A program made the translations under genes and the position numbers. A DNA stretch of 64,000 nucleotides from Candidatus Spongiisociaceae bacterium (GTDB lineage: Bacteria; Actinomycetota; Acidimicrobiia; Spongiisociales; Spongiisociaceae): contig OZ253564.1 in NCBI GenBank assembly GCA_965262915.1, positions 4,864,001 through 4,928,000 of the forward strand. Direction: 5' to 3'. The number at the start of each line of letters is the position of its first letter. Positions within the stretch are counted from its first letter, which is position 1. Under the pieces are notes generated by a model. It searched no databases, was not told where the DNA came from, and worked only from the letters and a program-made list of their open reading frames with translations. This document shows positions 1 through 9,980 of the stretch, one piece after another.

Positions 1-2
1 AG

Positions 3-1743
3 GGTGCTGAGCAATCGACCTGAAGGGGTGCTGCTTGTTGCCCCTGGGATGTGCTGTTGGCGGGTGTTGGTTGGTGGGAGGTTGTTGGTTGGGGGGTGGT
101 GGCCGGGTTTTGGGGTTGGGGGTGCGGGTTTGGTGGTTTAGGTGGGGTTGAGTGCCCAGCCGGTGGGGGTGTGGGCGAGTCCGAGGTTGATGAGGCGTCG
201 TAGGTTGATGGCTGCTGTTGGGGTGGTGAGCCATTGCTGGTTGGGGATGATTCCTCGGTAGGGAACGCGTCTGGCTTTGTGGCGGGTGAGCCAGGCGATG
301 GTCCGCTCGACGGGCGGCCGGTAGGTCCGGTAGGTGTTGCGGGTTTCTTCTTTGGCCCAGCGGGCCTTGTTCGCGGCGCGGTGGTCGTGGTACTGGTCGA
401 CTGTGATGGTTCGTCCCTTCTCCGAGGTGGTGCATCGTGCCCGCAGGGGGCAGCCGTTACACCACTTCGCGAAGGGGGCGGTACCTCCGGGACGTAGGCG
501 GGCGGTGTGCCCGGCGGGACAGGTCACTGTCCGTCTTTTGGTGTCGATATCGAAGTCGTCGCGGTGGAATCCGTCTTCGATGTGGGGTTTGCGTACGATT
601 GGTTTCACCACCGGGGTGTGTTTGAGACCGTCGAAGGTTTCGAGAGCCGCACCGGACGCGTACGCCGAATCCGCGACGATTTCGGCACCCGGGGGTTCTT
701 CGGCAACGAGATCCTTGATACTGTCGGCGTTTGGGGTGTTGGCAGCGGTGAGCGCCACCGCGGTGACCAGTCCGGTTTCTGGTTCGGCGGCGACATGGGC
801 CTTGTACCCGTCCCGTTTACGGGTCCGGGTCTTGTGACCGTGCCGCGCCTGGGGATCTACTGTCGATATGGTCCGATCCTTGGCGACACGCCGAGCTATC
901 CGCCATCGGCCTTCCCGGTGGGGGTCCGGTTCCACATCCTGGCCCGCAACCACTCCCAACAGACCCAGGGCGTCGGACTGCTCGGGATTCAACTTCACAC
1001 CCTCGACGGCTTCGATCAGGGCTAGACCGTCGGTGACCAAACCATCCACCAGCTCGGACCGGCTCTCGGGGTCGGACCAGTCGCAGGACGGTTTGGTCTT
1101 CGACTCGTAATCATGAGGCACCAACACCAGATCGGCGGCTTCGGGTATCAGACGACGGCAACGCCTTATCTGCGACGAGATCATCGTTACCGTGTCCTGG
1201 GTAGCAACCGCGTCGTGCAGGATGGTCGAGTCCAGCGCCCGGCGACCCCTGTTCGCCAACACCCCACAGGCGGCGACCACTTGGCGCACTGCGTCGAAGA
1301 TACGCTCAGGACGGTCACTGTTCCGAAGCCTTGCACGCCACAGCGTCAGCACCGTCGGGTGGAACCCCCCATCGGTCAGCGACAAACCCACCGCTGCCTT
1401 CCAACGGATATCACACCGCAGCCGCTGTACCGCTTCCCGATCCGACAGGCACTCCAACGCTTGGAGGACCATCACCGTTGCTATCACCGACCCCGGTATC
1501 GACGGACGTCCCCGCCCACTACCGAACAAATCGGCGAACATCTCGGCGGGAAACAGCCGCCGGCGGTGCTCAGCCAAAAACCGGTACACCGAACCCTCCG
1601 GAACCAACTCCCCGCACAGTTCCATAGCGTCCAGAAACTCACGATCACCACGTTCACTACCCTGCATACCACTACAATAATCCCAACAAACCCAAAACGC
1701 GAACCCACCAACACCCAGCAGGACCGATTAAATCAGCAGTCTC
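3..1743 (-). mobile_element. IS1182-family insertion sequence
   Basis: Contains the transposase 138..1667. Imperfect terminal IRs: ggtgctgagcaat near 3 and aatcagcagtctc ending at 1743. CTAG follows at 1744-1747, and the window starts with 'ag' (likely the end of the other CTAG). Confidence 0.8.
138..1667 (-). CDS. IS1182-family DDE transposase
   Basis: 509 aa; GRPS..., LSDREA..RWK, LDST, GYKAH, ADSAY, CPAG/C..CPLR..C, and R..VER motifs. Confidence 0.9.
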   Translation of the reverse strand: MQGSERGDREFLDAMELCGELVPEGSVYRFLAEHRRRLFPAEMFADLFGSGRGRPSIPGSVIATVMVLQALECLSDREAVQRLRCDIRWKAAVGLSLTDGGFHPTVLTLWRARLRNSDRPERIFDAVRQVVAACGVLANRGRRALDSTILHDAVATQDTVTMISSQIRRCRRLIPEAADLVLVPHDYESKTKPSCDWSDPESRSELVDGLVTDGLALIEAVEGVKLNPEQSDALGLLGVVAGQDVEPDPHREGRWRIARRVAKDRTISTVDPQARHGHKTRTRKRDGYKAHVAAEPETGLVTAVALTAANTPNADSIKDLVAEEPPGAEIVADSAYASGAALETFDGLKHTPVVKPIVRKPHIEDGFHRDDFDIDTKRRTVTCPAGHTARLRPGGTAPFAKWCNGCPLRARCTTSEKGRTITVDQYHDHRAANKARWAKEETRNTYRTYRPPVERTIAWLTRHKARRVPYRGIIPNQQWLTTPTAAINLRRLINLGLAHTPTGWALNPT

Positions 1744-2838
1744 CTAGTGTCCTGATTCGGGGATTCGTTGTAGATAGTTGGTGAGGTTGTCGAAGATTTG
1801 GTCGGCGGTTTTGTGCCAGATGAAGGGTTTGGGGTTTTGGTTCCAGTGTTGGGTCCATTGGTTGATGGCGTCGGTGAGTTCGGCTACGGATCGGTGGGTG
1901 CCTCGGCGTATCTGTTTGGTGGTGAGTTCGGAGAACCATCGCTCGACGAGGTTCATCCACGACGCGTAGGTGGGTGTGAAATGGAACGTGAACCGTGGAT
2001 GGCGTTGCAGCCAGCGCCCTATGGGCTCTGTTTTGTGGGGCGACGCGTTGTCCAACACGACATGGACGTCGAGTTCTGGTGGGACTTCGCGGTTGATGAG
2101 GTTTAGGAACGTCTGGAATTCTTGGGTGCGGTTGCGTCGTGTCATGGAGGTGATGACCCGGCCGGTGGCCGTGTCGAGCGCGGCGTGGAGGTTGGTGGTG
2201 CCGTACCGGCGGTAGTCGTGGGTGCGCCGCTGGGGGGTTCCGGGCAACAGGGGCAGGATCGGCGCGGTGCGGTCGAGGGCCTGTATCTGGGATTTGTGGT
2301 CCACACACAGCACCACCGCCGCGTCGGGCGGGTTCAGGTACAAACCCGCCAGGTCGCGGACCTTTTCCACGAACTGGGGGTCGGGAGATATCTTGAAATG
2401 CTCGGTCCGGTGCGGCTTGAGACCGAACGCCCGCCATATTCTTAGGATCGACGACTGGGACAGGCCGACGGCCCTCGCCATGGACCGGGTCGACCAGTGC
2501 GTCGCGTCTCTCGGTGTTTCCTCCAGCGTCTTGACCACCACTTCTTCTACCTTGGCGTCGTCGATGCGGCGGGGCGGCCCGGGGCGGGGATTGTCGTAGA
2601 GGCCGTCGAGACGGCGCCGGGCGAAACGGTTCCGCCACTTCGAGACCGTAACCCCGCTGCAGCCCACCTCCGCTGCGATGTCCACATTGGTGCGGCCTTC
2701 GGCCGCTCCCAGCACGATACGAGACCGCATCGCTAACCCTTGTGCGGTGCTACGCCGCCGTATCCACCGCTCGAGCGTCTGGCGTTCCTCTTCATCCAGC
2801 TCGATAACCACTGCTTTACGACCCCGCTGCTTCTCCAT
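1744..2838 (-). CDS. IS630-family transposase
   Basis: 364 aa; HTH, THWSTR, VLCVD, LDN...HK, FTPTYASWMNLVERWF motifs. The stop codon is supplied by the target CTAG. Confidence 0.93.
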   Translation of the reverse strand: MEKQRGRKAVVIELDEEERQTLERWIRRRSTAQGLAMRSRIVLGAAEGRTNVDIAAEVGCSGVTVSKWRNRFARRRLDGLYDNPRPGPPRRIDDAKVEEVVVKTLEETPRDATHWSTRSMARAVGLSQSSILRIWRAFGLKPHRTEHFKISPDPQFVEKVRDLAGLYLNPPDAAVVLCVDHKSQIQALDRTAPILPLLPGTPQRRTHDYRRYGTTNLHAALDTATGRVITSMTRRNRTQEFQTFLNLINREVPPELDVHVVLDNASPHKTEPIGRWLQRHPRFTFHFTPTYASWMNLVERWFSELTTKQIRRGTHRSVAELTDAINQWTQHWNQNPKPFIWHKTADQIFDNLTNYLQRIPESGH

Positions 2839-2919
2839 ACGCTGCTCCCACTACTGACTGCTACTGACCTGCATATTCTAGCAGCATATGGCAAAGAAAC
2901 TAAGGAATCAGGACACTAG
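1744..2919 (-). mobile_element. IS630-family insertion sequence
   Basis: Perfect 15-bp inverted ends including the target: ctagtgtcctgattc (1744-1758) / gaatcaggacactag (2905-2919). Confidence 0.9.
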
Positions 2920-3179
2920 GACTCCGTTTCGGGCCCAGCGGTTCATCCGCTTATAGATGGTGTACCACTTACCGAACCGGGTGGGCGTCCCCGCCATTTT
3001 GCAGCCGTGTTCCGCCACGTAGAGGAACGCGTTGAGCATGTCGAGGTTTGATATCTTGCCGCGCTGTGTCGGGAATAGATGAACGATACGGTCGTATTGT
3101 TCTTGTATAATCGTCATACATAGATTATATCGTAATCTACCAAAAAACGCGAGCATCGGATAACGTCAACAGGGCCTAG
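2920..3179 (-). pseudogene. IS5-family transposase N-terminal remnant with its left end, cut by IS630
   Basis: MTIIQEQYDRI..LNAFLYVAEHGC..FGKWYTIYKRMNRWARNGVL (DUF4096-like); element end ...gtcaacagggcctag at 3165-3179. Confidence 0.8.
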
Positions 3180-3224
3180 TCCGAACACGGGCGTTTCGAG
3201 GGTTGACCTCATCTTCGCTTGTCC

Positions 3225-3466
3225 CGGGGTCGGAGAAGCATGCCACCACGTAGGCATCCGCCGGATACTTCACGGCGGTCTCGATCATGGTCTCGACCGG
3301 GGCGGCAACGTCGTCGTCGGATTCGATCGCGGGCGGCCCGCCAGTGCTGGTGACCACCTCTACCTCGACTCCCCGGGTCTTCGGCCAGAGCCCTCACCGC
3401 GTCATCCACCTGCTTCGAAATGCGTTCTAAGATGTTCGATTCACCAGGGTGACCCTTTCCAAACAT
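3225..3466 (-). pseudogene. Asp/Glu/hydantoin racemase family fragment (frameshifted, truncated)
   Basis: GPPAIES...DAYVVACFSDPG motif in ORF 3166..3357. The N-terminus lies in another frame (ERISKQVDDAVRALA). Confidence 0.7.
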
Positions 3467-3740
3467 CGGACGCACCTCACTTGATCCGGAACTCATCCGA
3501 TCGCGGGCACTTCGGCCGGGGAGGGGCTCGACCTCTTCCGAGGACTCCCGGCGCCCATCACCCTTACGTTGCAGCCCAACCTCCACGTCGTCGCTCAGCC
3601 GGGTCGACCCCGGGATCCCGGGCGCCGCCCGCCGTGGGGACGGTGTGTCGCGGCACTAGCCCGTTGGAGTTACCCAGCCGGCGGTCCGGGGCGAGAGCCA
3701 TGGGAGGAGAGGGGAAGGGGGGATAGTATCGTCCCCTCTC

Positions 3741-5162
3741 ATGACCGCCGTTGAAGGGGTCCGGATGCCGGAGGCGGGAAGGCGGGCCCATCCGTACATA
3801 CCCAATTCGGTGCCGGAGGTACGGCGGACCATGCTCGACTACCTGGGCATCGCCGACGTTTCGGATCTTCACGCGGCCATCCCGGCCGAGCTGAGGCTGG
3901 ATCGTCCGCTCGACCTGCCCGAGGCCATCCTCTCCGAGCACGACCTGAAGGAGCACGTGCTGGGGTTGCTCGGGGACGTGGTGAGCACACAGGACTATGC
4001 GAGCTTCCTCGGGGGAGGGTGCTGGAAGCACTTCGTGCCGGTGGTCTGTGACGAGATCAACAACCGGAGGGAGTTCGTCACCGCCTATGCCGGGGAGGCC
4101 TACTCGGATCACGGCAAGCACCAGGCCTGGTTCGAGTGGCAGAGCCTCCTCGGCGAGCTACTGGAGGCGGATTTCGTGTCGCTGCCCACCTACGACTGGA
4201 TGACGGCAGCGTCGAGCGCGCTGCTGATGGCGGCCCGGCTGACCGGAAGGGGCGAGGTGATCGTTCCCCGGAACCTGAACCCCGAGCGCCTGTCCCACAT
4301 GGGCAACTACTGCCGGGCCGGTCTCGATGCCATCCGAACCGTCGCTTTCGACCCGTCGAGCGGCGAGATGGACCTGGACGGACTCGAGGACGAACTGTCG
4401 CCCTCGACCGCCGCGGTGTACTTCGAGAACCCCACCTTCCTCGGCTCGATGGAAGGCCGGGCTCGCCAGATCGTGGAAGCGGCGCACCGGGCGGGGGCGC
4501 TGTGCGTGGTGGGTGTCGACCCGATCTCGCTGGGCGTCATGGCGCCTCCGACGTCCTACGGCGCCGACCTCATCGTGGGCGATATCCAGCCTCTCGGGGT
4601 TCACATGCAGGCGGGCGGCGCCACCTGCGGCTTCATCGCCGGCGCCGACGACCCGCGCTTCGCCTCCGAGTACCCGACGCTGCTCGAGACAATCACCACC
4701 ACGGACAGGGAAGGTGTGTGGGGCTTCGGGTGGGCCACCTTCGAACGAACGTCCTTCATCAAGAGAGGGCTGTCGGAGGATTTCACAGGGACCACCAGCG
4801 GCCTCTGGGCCATCACGGCCGCCGTCTACCTGTCGCTCCTGGGGCCGGCCGGTATCCGGGAGGTGGGCGAGGCGATCATGCAGAAGGCCCACTACGCCAG
4901 GGCCCGGCTGGAAGGGTTACCGGGTATCGGTGCGGGCCCGACCGCCACGCCTTTCAAGGAGTTCGTGGTCGACTTCACCGGAACCGGCCGCACGGTGGCC
5001 GAGATCAACCGGTCCCTGCTGGACTACCGGATCCTCGGAGGGCAGGACCTGTCGGGAGATTTCCCCGACCTGGGCCGAAGCGCCCTCTATTGCGTGACCG
5101 AGGTGACCCCCCTCGAACACATCGACCGCCTGGTGGCCGCCTTGGGAGAGATCACCTCGTGA
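3741..5162 (+). CDS. gcvPA: Glycine dehydrogenase subunit 1-like (GcvPA paralog)
   Basis: HPYIPNS, SFLGGGC..H, EF.TAY, FE.QS, YFENP, GDIQPLG motifs. Confidence 0.88.
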   Translation: MTAVEGVRMPEAGRRAHPYIPNSVPEVRRTMLDYLGIADVSDLHAAIPAELRLDRPLDLPEAILSEHDLKEHVLGLLGDVVSTQDYASFLGGGCWKHFVPVVCDEINNRREFVTAYAGEAYSDHGKHQAWFEWQSLLGELLEADFVSLPTYDWMTAASSALLMAARLTGRGEVIVPRNLNPERLSHMGNYCRAGLDAIRTVAFDPSSGEMDLDGLEDELSPSTAAVYFENPTFLGSMEGRARQIVEAAHRAGALCVVGVDPISLGVMAPPTSYGADLIVGDIQPLGVHMQAGGATCGFIAGADDPRFASEYPTLLETITTTDREGVWGFGWATFERTSFIKRGLSEDFTGTTSGLWAITAAVYLSLLGPAGIREVGEAIMQKAHYARARLEGLPGIGAGPTATPFKEFVVDFTGTGRTVAEINRSLLDYRILGGQDLSGDFPDLGRSALYCVTEVTPLEHIDRLVAALGEITS

Positions 5163-6724
5163 GCGGTGACGGCGGCTTGGTGCGGGACGGCTTCCACGCC
5201 GCCCGCTGGCTCGAGCCCCTGATCATGGAATCGGGCACGCCCGGGGAGCGAGGCGTTATACCCCCCGCAGTGGAGCCCTCCATCAGGGACGAGGTGGGAG
5301 ACGTACTCGCCTCGATTCCGCCTGACCTACGCCGCGCCCGACCTCCCGCCCTTCCCGAACTCTCCCAGCCCCAGGTGCTGCGCCACTACCTGCGGCTCTC
5401 CCAGGAGACCCTCGGGGCGGCCGTCAACATCGACGTGGGCCTCGGCACCTGCACGATGAAGTACAACCCGGTCATCAACGACGTGGTGGGCAACCATCCG
5501 AACGTCAGCCAGGTGCATCCCGGCCAGCCACCCGAGACCATCCAGGGGCTGCTCGGAATCCTCCACCGGCTGGAACGGCAACTGTGCGAGATCTCGGGCA
5601 TGGACGCCTTCAGCCTCCAACCGGGCGGCGGGGCAGCCGCCATCTTCACCAACGCCTCGATCATGCGCGCCCACCACGACCGCAACGGGGAGGGCGACCG
5701 GCGCGACGAGATCATCACGACGGTGTTCTCCCATCCGGCCGACGCCGCCGCCTCGGCCGCGGCCGGGTACAAGATCATCACCCTGTACCCCGACAACCGC
5801 GGCTACCCCGACTTCGAGGCCCTCGAGGCGGCCCTGTCGGAGCGGACCGCCGGACTGATGGTGACCAACCCCGAGGACACCGGCATCTTCAACCCCCGTA
5901 TCCGGGACTACACCGAGGCGGTCCACGCGGTCGGCGGGGTGTGCGCCATCGACCAGGCCAACGCCAACGGCATCCTCGGCATCACCAGAGCCAGGGAACT
6001 CGGGTTCGACCTGTGCCACTTCAACCTGCACAAGACCTTCTCCACCCCGCACAACTCGGAGGGGCCGGCCCTCGGGGCGGTCGGGGTACGCGAGGATTTC
6101 GCCCGCTACCTGCCGGTCCCGATCGTCTCCCGGACGGGCAAGGGCGGCTACCGACTCGACTACGACCGCCCCGATTCGATCGGCAAGGTCAAGGGTTTCC
6201 TGGGCAACGTGGGCATCGCGGTCCGCGCCTACGCGTGGATCATGGCCCACGGCGCCGAGGGACTCCGCACCGTCGCTGAGACCGCGGTGCTCAACAACAA
6301 CTACCTGGCCAGGAAGCTCGACGAGATACCGGGTATCACCGTCCCCTACCGGGACACGGCCGCATACCGGCTGCAGGAGGTGCGCTACAGCTGGGAAAGG
6401 CTCCACGAGGAGACCGGCGTCAGCACCAACGACATCAAGAACCGGATGATCGACTACGGCGTCAACAGCTATTTCACGAGCCACGAGCCGTGGCTGATCG
6501 CCGAGCCCTTCACAGCCGAGCCGGCGGAATCCTACTCGAAGCAGGACCTCGACGAGTACGCGGCCATAGTGGCCAAGGTCGCCAAGGAGGCCTATACGGA
6601 CCCCGAGCGGGTCAGATCGGGACCCCACCGCAGCTCGATCAGCGGGATGGACGAGGCGCCGCTGATCGATCCCGACCGGGTTGTGACCACCTGGAGGGCC
6701 TGGAAGAAGCGATACGGTTCTTGA
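5159..6724 (+). CDS. gcvPB: Glycine dehydrogenase subunit 2-like (GcvPB paralog, PLP-dependent)
   Basis: GTG at 5159 overlaps the gcvPA stop; LPELSQPQVLRHY, GTCTMKYNP, DQANAN, HFNLHKTFSTPH (PLP lysine). Confidence 0.88.
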   Translation: MSGDGGLVRDGFHAARWLEPLIMESGTPGERGVIPPAVEPSIRDEVGDVLASIPPDLRRARPPALPELSQPQVLRHYLRLSQETLGAAVNIDVGLGTCTMKYNPVINDVVGNHPNVSQVHPGQPPETIQGLLGILHRLERQLCEISGMDAFSLQPGGGAAAIFTNASIMRAHHDRNGEGDRRDEIITTVFSHPADAAASAAAGYKIITLYPDNRGYPDFEALEAALSERTAGLMVTNPEDTGIFNPRIRDYTEAVHAVGGVCAIDQANANGILGITRARELGFDLCHFNLHKTFSTPHNSEGPALGAVGVREDFARYLPVPIVSRTGKGGYRLDYDRPDSIGKVKGFLGNVGIAVRAYAWIMAHGAEGLRTVAETAVLNNNYLARKLDEIPGITVPYRDTAAYRLQEVRYSWERLHEETGVSTNDIKNRMIDYGVNSYFTSHEPWLIAEPFTAEPAESYSKQDLDEYAAIVAKVAKEAYTDPERVRSGPHRSSISGMDEAPLIDPDRVVTTWRAWKKRYGS

Positions 6725-6737
6725 TGGAGGCCACCCC

Positions 6738-7844
6738 ATGAAGATCATCTCGGTGGATGTCTGGCCGGTGAGCATCCCTTTCGTCAAACCGTTCGAGGTA
6801 TGGCGGGGGGTAGCCCGCACCAAGGACCACGTGATCGTGGAGGTGCACACGGACGAGGGGATCACCGGGGTCGGGGAGGCCTCCCCGTTCCTCTACTACG
6901 CACCCGAGACCCAGGAGGACGTGGTGGCCACCGTCGCGAACTACCTGGCGCCGATGGTCGTGGGGGTCGATCCGTTCGATGTGGAGCGGATCAACATGGT
7001 CTTCGACACGGTGGTCGACGCCCACCACTTCTCCAAGGGGGCCGTCGAGATGGCCCTCTGGGACATCATGGGCAAGGCACTCGGAGTGCCGTTGTACCGG
7101 CTCCTGGGCGGGAAGGTCCGCGATACGGTGCCGGTCATCGCCCTGCTCGACAACGGCCCGCCCGCGGCGATGGGCGCCCAGGCCGCCCGCCGGGTCGATG
7201 CCGGCTTCCGGCACCTGAAGGTGAAGATCGGGTTCGATCCCTCCACGGACGTGGCGATGGTGGCGGCGGTCACCGGGACGGTCGGGGACTCGGCGACGGT
7301 CCGGGTCGATGCCGAGGAGAGCTACGACCTCAAGACGTCCCTACGGATCGCCCGCCGGCTGGAGGAACTCGGGGTTGAGCTCTTCTCCCAGCCCATCCCT
7401 CGTCACCACTACCGGCAGATGGCCCGGCTACGGGAGATGATCTCGATCCCGCTGCTGGTCGACGAGAGCGTCGAGATCCCGGCCGACGTGATGCTGGCCG
7501 CCGAACTCGGCACCGGGGACCTGGTGAACATAAAGGTGGCGAAGTGCGGCGGGATCCTCAAGGCCAAGCGCATGGCGGCCATCGCCGAGGGGGCCGGAAT
7601 GGATTGCCTGATCGGCAGCATGATCGAGATGGGACCCGGAACCGCCTGCGGCGCCCACGTGGCTGTCTCCACCCCCAACGTCACGTACGCGAGCGAGCTG
7701 GTGGGCCCGCAGCTGATAGCCGGCGACGTGGTGGTCACGCCCTTCGAACTGCATGACGGTGCGATCCGGCTCCCCGACCGGCCCGGGCTGGGGGTGGAGC
7801 TGGACAGGGACCGGCTGGCGCGGTACGGGACGGCCGGGTCCTGA
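6738..7844 (+). CDS. Mandelate racemase/muconate-lactonizing (enolase superfamily) enzyme
   Basis: GITGVGE, EMALWDIMGKALGVP, KxK (KVK), DES, NIK, PGLGVE; RBS ggagg. Confidence 0.88.
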   Translation: MKIISVDVWPVSIPFVKPFEVWRGVARTKDHVIVEVHTDEGITGVGEASPFLYYAPETQEDVVATVANYLAPMVVGVDPFDVERINMVFDTVVDAHHFSKGAVEMALWDIMGKALGVPLYRLLGGKVRDTVPVIALLDNGPPAAMGAQAARRVDAGFRHLKVKIGFDPSTDVAMVAAVTGTVGDSATVRVDAEESYDLKTSLRIARRLEELGVELFSQPIPRHHYRQMARLREMISIPLLVDESVEIPADVMLAAELGTGDLVNIKVAKCGGILKAKRMAAIAEGAGMDCLIGSMIEMGPGTACGAHVAVSTPNVTYASELVGPQLIAGDVVVTPFELHDGAIRLPDRPGLGVELDRDRLARYGTAGS

Positions 7845-7846
7845 CC

Positions 7847-8956
7847 ATGGGTCGGCCGGGCCGGCTCGGGCTGATAGTCAATCCTTGGGCCGGGATCGGC
7901 GGTCCGGTAGGGCTCAAGGGTTCCGACGGCGCCGAGACCCTGGACCGTGCTCGCCGGCTGGGTGGCGAACCCTCCTCCCCCGCCCGGGCCGTCCAGACGT
8001 TACGGGCCCTGGGCACGGCCGGCGGGGTGGATGTGATCACCTACCCGGCGGAGATGGGGGCGCACGAGGCGGAAGCGGCCGGGGTGGGGTATTCGGTGAT
8101 CGGGTCGATCACCGAGGGCGTCACCACCGCCGCCGACACCATCCGGGCGGCGCGCGATCTCGGGGAGGCCCGCGTCGACCTTCTCGCCTTCGTGGGGGGC
8201 GACGGCACCGCCCGGGACGTGCTGGAGGCGGTCGGAACCGATCTGGCGGTCATCGGGGTCCCGGCCGGGGTCAAGATGCACTCGAGCGTGTTCGCCGTCA
8301 CCCCACGGCGGGCGGCGGAGGTCATAAGCGCCTTCCTAGAAGGGCGGACCGGGACGCGGCCGGGTGAGGTCATGGACATCGACGAGGACCTGGTCCGGGC
8401 CGGGCGGCTCTCCGCCGAGCTCCACGGGTACCTGAGGGTTCCCGATCAACCCCGACTGGTGCAAGGACCCAAGAGCCCTTCCCGGCGGGGGGCCGGCGCG
8501 TCGGGCATCGCCCGGCGCGTGGTCGACGAGATGGACCGCCACACCTGCTACATCCTCGGTCCGGGCACCACGGTGCAGGCGATCACCGACGTCCTCGGGC
8601 TCGGCAAGACTCTGCTGGGGGTGGATGCTGTCTACCGGGGGCGGCTGGTGGGCCGCGACATGACCGAGTCGCAGTTGGTCGAGTTAGTGAGCGCCTACCG
8701 CTGCAAGATCGTCGTGGGGGCGGTCGGCGGGCAGGGTTACGTGCTGGGGCGCGGGAACCAGCAGATCAGCCCGGTGGTGATCCGCGGGGTCGGCCCGGAC
8801 AACATCGTGATCCTTGCCACACCGGACAAGCTGGTATCCCTGGGTGGCCCCCTCCGGGTCGACACCGGTGACCCGGAGTGCGATCGGACCCTGGCAGGAT
8901 ACCGCCGGGTGGTCACCGGACCCCACCACGAATCGGTGGTGAAGGTGGAGGCCTAG
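7847..8956 (+). CDS. ATP-NAD kinase / AcoX-like family protein
   Basis: GLIVNP.AGIGG, GGDGTARD, PAGVKMHS, GRGNQQ motifs. Confidence 0.85.
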   Translation: MGRPGRLGLIVNPWAGIGGPVGLKGSDGAETLDRARRLGGEPSSPARAVQTLRALGTAGGVDVITYPAEMGAHEAEAAGVGYSVIGSITEGVTTAADTIRAARDLGEARVDLLAFVGGDGTARDVLEAVGTDLAVIGVPAGVKMHSSVFAVTPRRAAEVISAFLEGRTGTRPGEVMDIDEDLVRAGRLSAELHGYLRVPDQPRLVQGPKSPSRRGAGASGIARRVVDEMDRHTCYILGPGTTVQAITDVLGLGKTLLGVDAVYRGRLVGRDMTESQLVELVSAYRCKIVVGAVGGQGYVLGRGNQQISPVVIRGVGPDNIVILATPDKLVSLGGPLRVDTGDPECDRTLAGYRRVVTGPHHESVVKVEA

Positions 8957-9086
8957 TGGTCTGCCTGCAGAACAGTTCGCCCTGTCCTGGCAGCCATCGA
9001 GGCTCCTCGCTGCGTTCCGTCTCCTCGACGTACGCTCCCTGCACCCCTTCGTCCGTGGGCCTTGCGAGGAACGCCGCGGCCGGCGC

Positions 9087-9980
9087 ATGCCACACCACCA
9101 TCTCACAGACAGGCCCTTCGTGACCGCCACAATCACGCTGATCGGCGTTGCCTTCGGCGTGCTGGGCGCGGTCGCGGCGGGGGTCGGGGACTTCCTGGGC
9201 GGTGTGGCCAGCAGGCGGTCCACGGCCTGGGGGGCGGCGGCGGTCACCTGGTTGGGCCAGATTCCGCTGCTCGTGGTGCTGGCCTTCCTGCTCAAGGGGG
9301 GTCTGGATAGCGACGCGGTAGGTCCCGGATTGGTAGCCGGGGTGGTGGGAGCGATCGGAGGGGTGTTTCTCTACAGCGGGATCGCCCGAGGTGACGTGGC
9401 CATCGTGGCGGCCACCTCGGGGGTCCTGGCATCGGTGACCGCCGCCCTGTACGACGCGGTGATCGGCGTCGTACTCCCGGCTACCGCATGGATGGGCGTT
9501 GCGCTCGCCGTGCCCGCCATTTTCCTGGTCGCGGGAGGGGCCGATGAGGTGGGGAAGCTCTCCCTGCGAGGGCTGGGCACCGGTCTGGGAGCGGGGGCGT
9601 CGTTCGGGCTGTTCTACGTGTTGATAGGAGCAACCGGTGGCCACAGCGGCGATCCGACCGTCCTAGTCGTGCTGGCCACCACGGCCGGTCTGCTGCTCCT
9701 GGTCACCGCCCCCCTGGTGCGCGGTCCTGTGATGCCGAGGGGCGCCGCACTGGGGATCGCGCTGGGAGCAGCCGTGCTCTCGGGGCTGCACCTGGTCTCC
9801 TTGCTGTTCGCGGTCGAGTACGGGTCGGTGGCCACCGGGACCGTGCTCGTCTCCCAGTACCCGGCCTTCACGGTGCTCATGGCGGCCGTCGTGTGGCGGC
9901 AACGGCCCTCCCGGCGGCAGGTCATGGGGCTGGTGGTCGCGCTGGTATCGGTCGGGATGATCACCTTGGGCGCCTCATGA
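9087..9980 (+). CDS. EamA/DMT family transporter
   Basis: About 10 hydrophobic segments; GDFLGG...SR and SQYPAFTV motifs. Confidence 0.8.
   Translation: MPHHHLTDRPFVTATITLIGVAFGVLGAVAAGVGDFLGGVASRRSTAWGAAAVTWLGQIPLLVVLAFLLKGGLDSDAVGPGLVAGVVGAIGGVFLYSGIARGDVAIVAATSGVLASVTAALYDAVIGVVLPATAWMGVALAVPAIFLVAGGADEVGKLSLRGLGTGLGAGASFGLFYVLIGATGGHSGDPTVLVVLATTAGLLLLVTAPLVRGPVMPRGAALGIALGAAVLSGLHLVSLLFAVEYGSVATGTVLVSQYPAFTVLMAAVVWRQRPSRRQVMGLVVALVSVGMITLGAS

Noticed and set aside
4136-5158. 862-aa ORF suggesting an N-terminally extended GcvPB
   Set aside because: The extension is an off-frame overlap with gcvPA; homology starts at the GTG at 5159.
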